Below are positions 24,245-33,475 of a stretch of DNA of 64,000 nt, piece by piece. The DNA comes from Escherichia phage 215Ecol030PP. The notes under the pieces were generated by a model that was not told the origin of the DNA, searched no databases, and worked only from the letters and a program-made list of their open reading frames with translations. The stretch's first letter is position 1. Each line of letters opens with the position of its first letter. Position numbers and translations under genes: made by a program. The DNA is taken from the sequence record PP328843.1. One strand, 5' to 3'.

Positions 24245-25339
24245 ATGGCAATTGTTAAAGAAATAACTGCTGATTTAATTAAAAAGTCCGGTGAGAAAAT
24301 TTCAGCCGGACAGAGTACTAAATCAGAAGTAGGAACTAAAACATACACAGCCCAGTTTCCAACTGGGCGTGCTAGTGGTAATGACACTACAGGGGACTTC
24401 CAGGTAACAGATCTATATAAGAATGGATTATTATTTACTGCATACAATATGTCATCTAGGGATTCTGGAAGTCTTAGATCGATGAGATCTAACTACTCTT
24501 CTTCATCTTCGAGTATTTTACGTACAGCTAGAAACACTATTAGTAGTACAGTATCAAAACTATCAAATGGATTAATATCAAATAATAATTCAGGAACAAT
24601 AAGTAAATCTCCTATCGCAAACATTCTTTTACCGAGATCTAAATCTGATGTTGATACATCATCACATAGATTTAATGATGTTCAAGAAAGCCTTATCAGT
24701 AGAGGCGGAGGTACTGCTACTGGAGTGCTAAGTAATATTGCTTCAACCGCAGTATTTGGGGCACTGGAAAGTATAACACAAGGTATAATGGCTGATAATA
24801 ATGAACAGATTTATACGACAGCCAGAAGTATGTATGGTGGTGCTGAAAATAGAACTAAAGTGTTTACATGGGATTTGACTCCACGTTCAACAGAAGATTT
24901 AATGGCTATTATTAATATCTATCAATATTTTAACTATTTTTCTTATGGTGAAACGGGTAAATCTCAATATGCTGCTGAAATAAAGGGGTATTTAGATGAT
25001 TGGTATCGTTCTACGTTAATTGAACCTTTATCTCCGGAAGACGCAGCTAAAAATAAAACACTATTTGAGAAAATGACATCGAGTTTAACTAACGTTCTTG
25101 TAGTTTCAAACCCGACAATTTGGATGGTGAAAAACTTTGGTGCAACATCTAAGTTTGATGGAAAAACGGAAATATTCGGTCCATGTCAAATCCAGAGTAT
25201 CAGATTTGATAAAACACCTAATGGTAACTTTAACGGATTAGCTATTGCTCCAAATCTCCCTAGTACATTTACTCTCGAGATTACTATGAGAGAAATTATC
25301 ACGTTAAACCGTGCTTCTTTATATGCGGGGACTTTTTAA
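24245..25339 (+). CDS. 48: baseplate tail tube cap gp48
   Basis: 364 aa. Confidence 0.92.
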   Translation: MAIVKEITADLIKKSGEKISAGQSTKSEVGTKTYTAQFPTGRASGNDTTGDFQVTDLYKNGLLFTAYNMSSRDSGSLRSMRSNYSSSSSSILRTARNTISSTVSKLSNGLISNNNSGTISKSPIANILLPRSKSDVDTSSHRFNDVQESLISRGGGTATGVLSNIASTAVFGALESITQGIMADNNEQIYTTARSMYGGAENRTKVFTWDLTPRSTEDLMAIINIYQYFNYFSYGETGKSQYAAEIKGYLDDWYRSTLIEPLSPEDAAKNKTLFEKMTSSLTNVLVVSNPTIWMVKNFGATSKFDGKTEIFGPCQIQSIRFDKTPNGNFNGLAIAPNLPSTFTLEITMREIITLNRASLYAGTF

Positions 25340-26304
25340 TGTATTCTTTAGAGGAATTTAATAATCAAGCAATAAACGCAGATTTCCAACGTAATAATAT
25401 GTTTAGCTGCGTTTTTGCAACAACTCCATCAACTAAAAGCTCTTCGTTGATAAGTTCAATTAGCAACTTTTCTTATAATAACTTGGGCCTAAATTCAGAT
25501 TGGTTAGGATTAACTCAAGGCGATATTAATCAGGGAATTACCACGCTAATTACTGCTGGCACACAAAAACTGATAAGAAAATCAGGGGTTAGTAAATATC
25601 TTATTGGTGCCATGAGTCAACGTACAGTTCAAAGTTTATTAGGCTCATTTACAGTTGGTACATATTTAATTGACTTCTTTAACATGGCATATAACTCATC
25701 TGGATTGATGATATACTCCGTAAAAATGCCAGAGAATAGATTATCCTATGAAACTGACTGGAACTATAATTCTCCTAATATTCGTATAACCGGAAGAGAA
25801 TTAGACCCTTTGGTTATTTCATTTAGAATGGATTCAGAGTCGTGTAATTATCGTGCAATGCAAGACTGGGTTAACGCTGTTCAAGACCCAGTAACTGGAT
25901 TGCGTGCTTTGCCGCAAGATGTCGAGGCAGATATTCAGGTTAATCTTCATTCTCGCAATGGATTACCACATACTGCGGTGATGTTCACTGGATGCATTCC
26001 AGTGTCCGTAAGCGCTCCTGAGTTATCATATGATGGAGATAACCAAATAACTACATTTGATGTTACTTTTGCGTATAGAGTGATGCAGGCTGGAGCAGTT
26101 GATAGACAAGCTGCCCTTGAATGGCTTGAATCTGCTACTATAAATGGTATTCAAAGCGTTCTCGGAAATAGTGGAGGTGTTACTGGACTATCTAATTCGC
26201 TTTCACGACTTAGTAGATTAGGGGGAACTGCAGGAAGCATTTCAAATATTAATACTATGACAGGAATTGTCAATTCGCAAAGTAAAATATTAGGAGCAAT
26301 ATAA
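25339..26304 (+). CDS. 54: baseplate tail tube initiator gp54
   Basis: 321 aa, ATGA overlap with gene 48, hairpin terminator follows. Confidence 0.92.
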   Translation: MYSLEEFNNQAINADFQRNNMFSCVFATTPSTKSSSLISSISNFSYNNLGLNSDWLGLTQGDINQGITTLITAGTQKLIRKSGVSKYLIGAMSQRTVQSLLGSFTVGTYLIDFFNMAYNSSGLMIYSVKMPENRLSYETDWNYNSPNIRITGRELDPLVISFRMDSESCNYRAMQDWVNAVQDPVTGLRALPQDVEADIQVNLHSRNGLPHTAVMFTGCIPVSVSAPELSYDGDNQITTFDVTFAYRVMQAGAVDRQAALEWLESATINGIQSVLGNSGGVTGLSNSLSRLSRLGGTAGSISNINTMTGIVNSQSKILGAI

Positions 26305-26306
26305 CA

Positions 26307-26338
26307 ATGGGGACCGAAAGGTCCCCATATTTTTATTT
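26307..26338. terminator. bidirectional terminator after gene 54
   Basis: ATGGGGACC-GAAA-GGTCCCCAT followed by ATTTTTATTT. Confidence 0.65.
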
Positions 26339-26623
26339 ACGGAATGAAATGAAAGCAGCAACTGAAGCAACTAAACTGTCTTCAATATAAACTTCAATTT
26401 TTACCGGAGCTTCTGACTCAAATTTACCTGTTACTACACCCTGAAAAATACTTTCAGTCTGTTCTGGCTTTGAAAAATTTTCAGAAGGAAAAATTCCAAA
26501 CTTTTTATCTGTTCCGAAAATTTTGATAAATTCATCATAAACCGCTTCGTTAAAAGCATTATCAGCAGGAATAACGCCTTCAACTACAAGTTCTTGACCT
26601 AAAAAGCGTAAAGAAGATTTCAT
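26333..26623 (-). CDS. hypothetical early protein (alt.-3 position)
   Basis: 96 aa ORF with SD GAGGA and early promoter upstream. Confidence 0.6.
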   Translation of the reverse strand: MKSSLRFLGQELVVEGVIPADNAFNEAVYDEFIKIFGTDKKFGIFPSENFSKPEQTESIFQGVVTGKFESEAPVKIEVYIEDSLVASVAAFISFRK

Positions 26624-26631
26624 TTTGTGTT

Positions 26632-26684
26632 CCTCATGTTATGTCAGTAAGACTACTATAACACAACACGAGGGACTTGTAAAC
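26632..26684 (-). repeat. 53-bp early promoter/leader element, copy A
   Basis: 52/53 identical to 40168-40220; contains GTTTAC and TATAGT. Confidence 0.8.
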
Positions 26685-26934
26685 TACATTTTGAACTTTT
26701 TAGTACGCGTAATAGGCATGCGTCGATTTTATACTGTTTCATTGTTTGAAGAGCAGTATCAAAAACAGCATTAATGACGCCAATTGGATTTCCACCCAAG
26801 TTTCTAAGCTTAACCAGTGATAATTTCTCGTTGACACCTATCATTACGATATGCATCATTTTATCGCCTGGCTTAACGTTTTTATTTGTATCACCGCCAG
26901 AGGTGTATGTACAAAATCTAAATCCAGGAAGCAC
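26656..26934 (-). CDS. Alt N-terminal paralog fragment (alt.-2/alt.-1 position)
   Basis: 92 aa; PGFRFCTYTSGGDTNKNVKPGDKMMHIV... parallels Alt residues about 41-140. Confidence 0.6.
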   Translation of the reverse strand: MLPGFRFCTYTSGGDTNKNVKPGDKMMHIVMIGVNEKLSLVKLRNLGGNPIGVINAVFDTALQTMKQYKIDACLLRVLKSSKCSLQVPRVVL

Positions 26935-27045
26935 GCTTTCTTCGTCGGCTTGAATAGCAAAAATTTGAGGTATTTTATGCTTAGGATTTAAGTTAACAAC
27001 CGGCGCCGAAGCGCCGTCAAATAATTATGTAATAAGTTCCATGAT
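26935..27045 (-). pseudogene. decayed 5' end of the alt paralog
   Basis: Minus strand reads ATG GAA CTT ATT ACA TAA (MELIT then stop) then a GC hairpin, then continues in Alt-like frame into the 26656-26934 ORF. Confidence 0.5.
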
Positions 27046-29103
27046 TTATCCTTGAACGAACTTGTAAGGCATGTTTGCAATATCTATGCAAGACGCAATA
27101 ATTCCAAGAGATGATTCTACTTTCTGTTTAACATTTGATGAAACAAATGATGCAAAGTCAACTCTGTCTTCTATTTCAATATCACCTGTCATTGCAACTA
27201 CTTCACCGGTTTCCATTAAACGGTCTCCGTCATAAATTACCGATTCGGTGAGTTCTTCTGTGGTCATAACTTCAGCTTGAATAAGCTTGTTGTTAGTTCT
27301 AACTGTTCCATCGTTGTAAGATGCATCGGTTATTTTATTAACTTTGACCATTAATCCACGTGGCAAAATGACTTCCATTTCATTTGAAGGCGCTAAACTT
27401 CCACCAGGTAAAACAACATTGACCTTATCAGCCCCAGTAATAACCCATCCAATTCCAACTAAATTATCGCTAGAATTTACTAGTCCTTCATCAGTTTTAT
27501 CAATAGAAACACTTAGACGTTTTTCGTCTGGTAAAACACCTATAGATGAATCAGTCATCCAAGTACCAAAAATATTTGGATATAATGATGTTGACACAAA
27601 GTTTCTAAAATAAAAAACTCGATTTTTTACCATTGCTTCATATATTGAAGGTAACATTCGTTGTGAACGATACAAAGTAATACCTTTTGGTAATCGTTCA
27701 CCATTTTTAAAGGCTGAATCTAAATTATCAATGGCTTGTTCTATTTCAGGTGCTGTTAAAATACTTGTACGCTCATCTGGATTATATAATCCCAAAAGAG
27801 CATTATTTATGTCTACATATCCTGAACCTACATATTCACGAATTCCGCGTTTTTGCGCTGGCGTGTATTTAGATGAATCTTTATTTTCGACTATAGGATG
27901 TAATGACCATCCAGCGGTAAGAGCATATCCACGTAATTCTCTTCGAATAATCTTTGTTTTTATTGCATTCCAAGAATTTTGTACTAACTCATTTGCAGCA
28001 TCTTGGTTTAAATGCGAATGTCTGTTAATATTTCTTTCAAACCAGGCACCTTTATATTTTTCTAAAGTATCATCGACGATAGAAGCAATAGTTTCTAAAG
28101 TTTTTATTGAAGTAATAGATTCTTTTCGTAATTTTTCTAAAGCTTTATTTTTTATTTCTGCATTAATAATGGATTCTTTATCTTCAGGAATTATAGAAGC
28201 TTCTCTGAATGCCATCCCAGCTGTAACACTGCTAAGAGCATTCTCTAGTGCAAATCCTGAAGTAGAAATTACCGTTAATTCATTAGAATCAGAAATTAAA
28301 GGCGCGTCCGCTGGTTTATTTAATTCTGCCGCTGAAGCCTCAAATTTTTGAAACATCGGTGTTTCAAATCTAGAAGATTCCAATGATTGACTTTGTGCAA
28401 TTGCTCTACGGGAAATTTTAACTTTAACGATTACAGCTTGGTCAGAACGTTTATCATTTTCTTGTGCAATAGATGCTGCAATTGCCTCATTTTTAGTTAC
28501 TTGAGCTCCAGTATCTTTATTGATATAAACATCACCGACCTTCGATTCAACCTTAGTAAAGAGCTCGGTACTAATTTCCGGAACTCCTGGAATGTCTTCT
28601 AGTGATACATTTTTGCGATGTATAAGAATATATGCATACTTTTTATCATAATCCCAGAGTTCCTTAAGAAGGACGTATCTGCCACCTGAACGACTACGGA
28701 TAAGTCTATCAGCAATAACTTGAATTTGTCGAGCTTGACCAGCAGTTTTAGACTTAAGAATACGAAGCATACAGGCATCAATTTTATACTGACGCATCGT
28801 CTGCATTGCAACAGTAAAAACTGAATTGATATAATTAATTGGGCTTGGACCAAGACCTTTCAATTTAGCAATTGAACCTTTAGCGGTTAATGTAAAAGGA
28901 ACAATATGCATCATTTTATCGCCCATCTTTAAATCACGATTAGTGTCACCTCCAGATGTATAGGTACATAAACGAAAGCCTGGTTGTTCAATTGCATCAT
29001 CAACATGAACTGAAAAAATTTGCGGTATTTTCTTCTTTGGATTTAAGTTTGTAATCGGAAGAGTAGTATCTTCGTCAAATAATTCTGTAATTAGTTCCAT
29101 CAT
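27046..29103 (-). CDS. alt: Alt, capsid-packaged ADP-ribosyltransferase
   Basis: 685 aa starting MMELITELFDEDTTLP; T4 Alt size and position. Confidence 0.92.
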   Translation of the reverse strand: MMELITELFDEDTTLPITNLNPKKKIPQIFSVHVDDAIEQPGFRLCTYTSGGDTNRDLKMGDKMMHIVPFTLTAKGSIAKLKGLGPSPINYINSVFTVAMQTMRQYKIDACMLRILKSKTAGQARQIQVIADRLIRSRSGGRYVLLKELWDYDKKYAYILIHRKNVSLEDIPGVPEISTELFTKVESKVGDVYINKDTGAQVTKNEAIAASIAQENDKRSDQAVIVKVKISRRAIAQSQSLESSRFETPMFQKFEASAAELNKPADAPLISDSNELTVISTSGFALENALSSVTAGMAFREASIIPEDKESIINAEIKNKALEKLRKESITSIKTLETIASIVDDTLEKYKGAWFERNINRHSHLNQDAANELVQNSWNAIKTKIIRRELRGYALTAGWSLHPIVENKDSSKYTPAQKRGIREYVGSGYVDINNALLGLYNPDERTSILTAPEIEQAIDNLDSAFKNGERLPKGITLYRSQRMLPSIYEAMVKNRVFYFRNFVSTSLYPNIFGTWMTDSSIGVLPDEKRLSVSIDKTDEGLVNSSDNLVGIGWVITGADKVNVVLPGGSLAPSNEMEVILPRGLMVKVNKITDASYNDGTVRTNNKLIQAEVMTTEELTESVIYDGDRLMETGEVVAMTGDIEIEDRVDFASFVSSNVKQKVESSLGIIASCIDIANMPYKFVQG

Positions 29104-29137
29104 ATCCTCTCTATTGTTTATTCTATTTATAAAATTA

Positions 29138-29155
29138 AAGGCCCGAAGGCCTTTA
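29138..29155 (-). terminator. hairpin between the 62-aa ORF and alt
   Basis: AAAGGCC-CGAA-GGCCTTT. Confidence 0.4.
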
Positions 29156-29341
29156 ATAATCTAGTGGTAAGAGAGTACGGTATATTTCAAACTTTGGACC
29201 TTTTTCATAGGCATCAAATGTTTCTGTGAATTTATTATAAGCATATGCATCTACAAATTCGAGAATGACTTGTGATACAGAAGTAGAAACATCTCCACCT
29301 TCTTTTTGAGCAATGACAATTGTTTCTAAGTAAGCTTTCAT
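29153..29341 (-). CDS. hypothetical small protein between gene 30 and alt
   Basis: 62 aa ORF, ATGA start/stop overlap with gene 30. Confidence 0.5.
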   Translation of the reverse strand: MKAYLETIVIAQKEGGDVSTSVSQVILEFVDAYAYNKFTETFDAYEKGPKFEIYRTLLPLDY

Positions 29342-30801
29342 AGACCAGTTACCTCATGAAAATCACCAAATACATCTTCGAACGTATTAGCTTTAGTTTT
29401 ATCTTCGCGTAAACGAATCGCAATCGGAAGAAATAATTTAACGTAATCAGTGCGGCCATCAGATTTTAACCAACCGTTGCATTCGCACTCTAGAATTTTT
29501 CCAATATAATAATTTTGGTTTTCCATAATGCGAGTACGGTCAAGTTCATGCGATTTTACACCGGCTTTATCTTTTAAGCCTGAACCAGCATTTACTTTAA
29601 TTTTTCCACACTCTGATTCAAGAATAAATCCACCTGCTTTAGTAGGGTCTTTACGGTGAGGATAAATTCCTACAATTTTTAAATCAACATCAATTACTTC
29701 TTTAAATTTATAGAGATTTTTTGAACGAGCATTTTCCCATAATCCATCGATATTTTTGAGAATAATACCTTCAAGACCTTGGTCAATATACTTTTTATAA
29801 ATTACCTTAGCTTCATCTAGGTTATTTACTACTTGGTTTTCAATTAAAATTACTTTATCATAGCCTGATGTCATTTGTTCTAGTTTAGAAAAACGTACAT
29901 CATATTTCAAACGAAATGCAGGAAGACCGTATATTTCTACCAACGGAACATAGTCCCAGACCTGAAACTTCATGCATTGAGCTTCTTTTTCAGAAATGGT
30001 TCCCTTTAAAGATTTATTAGCGATTCCATTAGAAGTAGTACGTGATTCAGCTACTTCGGCGAATTCTTTGGCTTTACTAATTTCAGGATAAGCATCAAAA
30101 AGAAAATCTAGGCCTTCTGGCTCCTTTTTAACTTGCTCATGGTATACCAATTCGCCATCAATTAACACGCCTTCTGGATGAATCTGGCGGGCTTCAGCGG
30201 TCATTTTGATTAATTCTTCCTTAAGAAGATCTAATCCTAGATATTCATTACCGGCTCGTGATAAAAGACGAACATCATCTAATTCATCACCTCTGACTTC
30301 GGCAAAGCACCGAGCTCCATCAGCTTTTAACTGGGCAAAGGCTGGAAATTTGATATTCTTATTAATGCCTTTTTCATCATAAGAACTTGCAAGCATTTGA
30401 GGTTGTTCAGGAATTAAACCTGGCCAAACTTTGTTTGCAATAGATACCGAAGCACCGCATTCAAGGTCTCGCATCATCACTCGACGCAAAACTTCAACAT
30501 CATCTTTTTTACCATCGGTGATGTATCCAGTTAATTCCTCAATTGCCGCATTTCCAGTCAATTTCCGAGTAGCTAACGTGAATTCAATGAAGTCAAGCAT
30601 ATCGGTAAGAGTCAACATTCCAAAACTCTGGGTAGCAATACCAGGTTTAGGCCATTTCTTGATATAATACTGCAACCCACGAGAATAAGTCAGACGATAT
30701 ACTCGTTTAAGCAATTCATTATCTTTATTCTTTTCAAGAATTGCTTGCTTCTGCTTAGTTGAACCAATAGATGCTATTTCGTTCAGAATTTTAAGAATCA
30801 T
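29338..30801 (-). CDS. 30: ATP-dependent DNA ligase gp30
   Basis: 487 aa; adenylation motif KADGAR. Confidence 0.95.
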   Translation of the reverse strand: MILKILNEIASIGSTKQKQAILEKNKDNELLKRVYRLTYSRGLQYYIKKWPKPGIATQSFGMLTLTDMLDFIEFTLATRKLTGNAAIEELTGYITDGKKDDVEVLRRVMMRDLECGASVSIANKVWPGLIPEQPQMLASSYDEKGINKNIKFPAFAQLKADGARCFAEVRGDELDDVRLLSRAGNEYLGLDLLKEELIKMTAEARQIHPEGVLIDGELVYHEQVKKEPEGLDFLFDAYPEISKAKEFAEVAESRTTSNGIANKSLKGTISEKEAQCMKFQVWDYVPLVEIYGLPAFRLKYDVRFSKLEQMTSGYDKVILIENQVVNNLDEAKVIYKKYIDQGLEGIILKNIDGLWENARSKNLYKFKEVIDVDLKIVGIYPHRKDPTKAGGFILESECGKIKVNAGSGLKDKAGVKSHELDRTRIMENQNYYIGKILECECNGWLKSDGRTDYVKLFLPIAIRLREDKTKANTFEDVFGDFHEVTGL

Positions 30802-31067
30802 TGTTCATCCTTCAGAGTTTGGTTTACAGCTCTATTATAAATCAATTCATCATTAAGCTCAGTCAAAGACTTATGATATGTGGTTCTAACTTTATTTCCT
30901 TGCATCCAGTGCTTGACGTAAATGAAACCTTGCTCTACACATTTTTTAAAAATTCGTTCGTCTTTTTGAGCTCGGAATTCTGGATTGCATCTAAAAAATT
31001 GATTTACGTGACCGTAATCACGTGTAGTATTACCTTCATTTTCATAAATGGTATGAACAACAAACAT
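30798..31067 (-). CDS. hypothetical early protein (30.x cluster)
   Basis: 89 aa, ATGA overlap with gene 30. Confidence 0.6.
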   Translation of the reverse strand: MFVVHTIYENEGNTTRDYGHVNQFFRCNPEFRAQKDERIFKKCVEQGFIYVKHWMQGNKVRTTYHKSLTELNDELIYNRAVNQTLKDEQ

Positions 31068-31906
31068 TAGAATGCTCCTTGGAAAATATTATCACCACTA
31101 GTAGGTCTATTATACAAATACTCTATGCCACCAGGTTTAATATAGTTCCATGTCTGAAACGGATGTGTCTGATATGGATGATATAGATGATTATAAGGAT
31201 TAAATCCAGGAGTTCTCCAGGTAGTGTTCCAAGGAAAAGAATCGTTTTTGATCATCTTCTCAATTACATCTTTTATAACTTTTTCACTATCAAAACTTTC
31301 TTTATTTTCCTTCGATGGAAAAAGCTTATTCTCTACATCATTCCATGTATAAACTCGCTGAGCAGTTTTTGGAATATTGTCACGTTCTCCTCGAGCCATC
31401 CAATAAACCGGAACATTTAATATTTCACTCGCGTGGTCGCAGTGGTGAGCGAGATCGTCAATATAACAAATTACGTTATATTTCTCTTTTGCCTTTTTAA
31501 ACAACTCTTCTTTTGAAGAATCATGACCACACATCATTACTTCTGAGAAGGCACCAGGAAAAAGAGCATTCAAATTAAATTGACGATTTAATAGAGCGTC
31601 AATAGAATCACCCAGCGCTGTAACAGCTACAAAATTATAATCTTCTTTTAATTTGTTAATTACACACAGAGCATCTTTATATGGAGACAAGTAACGAATA
31701 AAATCTGAACGATTGTATTTTTCAATTAACTTGACGCCAAGTTCTTCGTCACAATTAAAAAGTTTACCAGGAGAAATAAATTTTTCATCTTGGATCATTT
31801 TTAAAATATGTTCCAATGGAAGATTATATTTCTGGGCAAAATAAGGAAGACCCGATTGCCAGCTTAAACATACTCCATCAATATCAGTTAAAATAGTAGG
31901 CTTCAT
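31067..31906 (-). CDS. HAD-superfamily hydrolase-like protein (30.x cluster)
   Basis: 279 aa; N-terminal LTDIDGV matches HAD motif I (DxDx[TV]). Confidence 0.65.
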   Translation of the reverse strand: MKPTILTDIDGVCLSWQSGLPYFAQKYNLPLEHILKMIQDEKFISPGKLFNCDEELGVKLIEKYNRSDFIRYLSPYKDALCVINKLKEDYNFVAVTALGDSIDALLNRQFNLNALFPGAFSEVMMCGHDSSKEELFKKAKEKYNVICYIDDLAHHCDHASEILNVPVYWMARGERDNIPKTAQRVYTWNDVENKLFPSKENKESFDSEKVIKDVIEKMIKNDSFPWNTTWRTPGFNPYNHLYHPYQTHPFQTWNYIKPGGIEYLYNRPTSGDNIFQGAF

Positions 31907-32367
31907 AGAGAGTCTCTTAATAGGTTTAACACATCAATAAATTCAGCTTCGGTTAGTATTGTATCATCTTTTGTTAGACCACTAGCCATGCTGTGCTTCA
32001 AAACTTTTCCTTTCGAGGCTTGTAATGCATCACGAAATCCCTTGTTTTGGATCGCTGCTTCAAAATATGCATTTGTGTATAATTCTTTCCACGCCGGGGA
32101 GTATCTTGAAAACGGAACTCCAAGCCAAAAGAGGGTCCCGCGGTCCTGAGCTCTTGCATAAGACCTTCCAGCTTGTTGGGCGGCAAGCCCGGATAACCCA
32201 AATATACGACGTTGTTGTTCAACGTTTTTCACCTTACACCCTTGGAGGAATCCTTCGAGACCTCCAAATTGGATACCATCCATAACGAAAGGCCATTGGG
32301 CGAAATTGCTTAATGCACATGATGGCCATCTAAAATTGCTTCTTATCTCTAGCTCAGGCATTTTCAA
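31903..32367 (-). CDS. NADAR / YbiA-like (DUF1768) domain protein (30.x cluster)
   Basis: 154 aa; SNFAQWPFVMDG...EGFLQGCKV matches YbiA signature SNFA.WP...DG...EH.FQ..KF as recalled. Confidence 0.6.
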   Translation of the reverse strand: MKMPELEIRSNFRWPSCALSNFAQWPFVMDGIQFGGLEGFLQGCKVKNVEQQRRIFGLSGLAAQQAGRSYARAQDRGTLFWLGVPFSRYSPAWKELYTNAYFEAAIQNKGFRDALQASKGKVLKHSMASGLTKDDTILTEAEFIDVLNLLRDSL

Positions 32368-32560
32368 TACTTATAATTTCAACATCAGCCCAATGACCAT
32401 AGCAAGGAAGACGAAATTCAACTGGCCAGTTAGGGTCCTTTTCTAATATAATAGACTTAACTTGTGGTTCTTCATGTTCATCGGTATACGGACCTTTATA
32501 CGTTACTTTATATGTGACCTTAATGTACTGAATTCCAAAAATCTTATTAATTATATTCAT
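32354..32560 (-). CDS. hypothetical early protein (30.x cluster)
   Basis: 68 aa ORF. Confidence 0.5.
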   Translation of the reverse strand: MNIINKIFGIQYIKVTYKVTYKGPYTDEHEEPQVKSIILEKDPNWPVEFRLPCYGHWADVEIISIENA

Positions 32561-32754
32561 ACTAATTCCTTTAATCCATAGATAGGAGATAATTCATCAC
32601 CCATACGAAGGTCTTCATTTCCATCTACCCAGGAAACAATATAAGCCTCTTTTATTTGAACGTCTCTCCATTTAAATGCAGGCAAAACCTTAGAAATTAA
32701 TCCAGGTATACCGACTCCCTTTAATTCAACAGTTTGACCCAAAAAGAATTTCAT
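32557..32754 (-). CDS. hypothetical early protein (30.x cluster)
   Basis: 65 aa ORF, ATGA overlap. Confidence 0.5.
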   Translation of the reverse strand: MKFFLGQTVELKGVGIPGLISKVLPAFKWRDVQIKEAYIVSWVDGNEDLRMGDELSPIYGLKELV

Positions 32755-33041
32755 TAGAACCTCATCTGAAATCCGTGCGATTTAACATTACCACCACCAA
32801 TGTCAGAAATATTAATTTCACGCGCAATTGAAGGGTCAATGTCAATTTCACGATTGAGTTTAATGATTGCTAGAGTATCACGTCCATTTACAGTACGGAA
32901 CTCTAAAGGACATACTACATTAACGTAGTTTTTAATCGATTCACTGGTAGGTTGCAAATGAGCAGGAAGGCCTTTAGGCGCCTTTGAGAAAACCACTTCA
33001 CAGAAATTTTTACGGGTATCAAAATAAGTAGTCATAAACAT
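32754..33041 (-). CDS. hypothetical early protein (30.x cluster)
   Basis: 95 aa ORF. Confidence 0.55.
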   Translation of the reverse strand: MFMTTYFDTRKNFCEVVFSKAPKGLPAHLQPTSESIKNYVNVVCPLEFRTVNGRDTLAIIKLNREIDIDPSIAREINISDIGGGNVKSHGFQMRF

Positions 33042-33057
33042 AGTATTTTCCTCAGTA

Positions 33058-33073
33058 AGGGGCCGAAGCCCCT
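33058..33073 (-). terminator. hairpin within ligase-region early cluster
   Basis: AGGGGC-CGAA-GCCCCT. Confidence 0.4.
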
Positions 33074-33082
33074 CATTTATTT

Positions 33083-33448
33083 TTAAATATCAAATTCGTT
33101 AAGAACTACATCAAAGATTGCTTCAAGATGCTCAGGTTTAGCTCTGTTACTCAGAATATGACGAATCCAAGTTTTAACCAGAAGCTTGCGATTAACGCCA
33201 TTCCAACAAGGATGAGTACCTAAATCACGTTGACGGAAATCATCATCTAATGCGATTTTAAAGGAAGAACCTTCTTTCGTGATTGAAACCGTGATGCCAT
33301 TTTCAAATCGCATATAAACGTAGTTAGGAGTCATATACTGTTCAATTTCGCATACTGATCCATTTTGATGTTTCCAAAGGCAGATAGTATCAATAGAACC
33401 TGCAATACCATTAGAAACATATTTACGTTCAAAGTTGATGTAGTTCAT
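33083..33448 (-). CDS. hypothetical early protein (30.x cluster)
   Basis: 121 aa; SD GGAGAA and early promoter upstream. Confidence 0.6.
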   Translation of the reverse strand: MNYINFERKYVSNGIAGSIDTICLWKHQNGSVCEIEQYMTPNYVYMRFENGITVSITKEGSSFKIALDDDFRQRDLGTHPCWNGVNRKLLVKTWIRHILSNRAKPEHLEAIFDVVLNEFDI

Positions 33449-33475
33449 TTTTATTCTCCGAGATGTTTAATTGCG

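Noticed and set aside
27731-28351. 206-aa plus-strand ORF
   Set aside because: Lies entirely antisense within the well-supported alt gene; no SD or promoter; low-complexity translation. Spurious.
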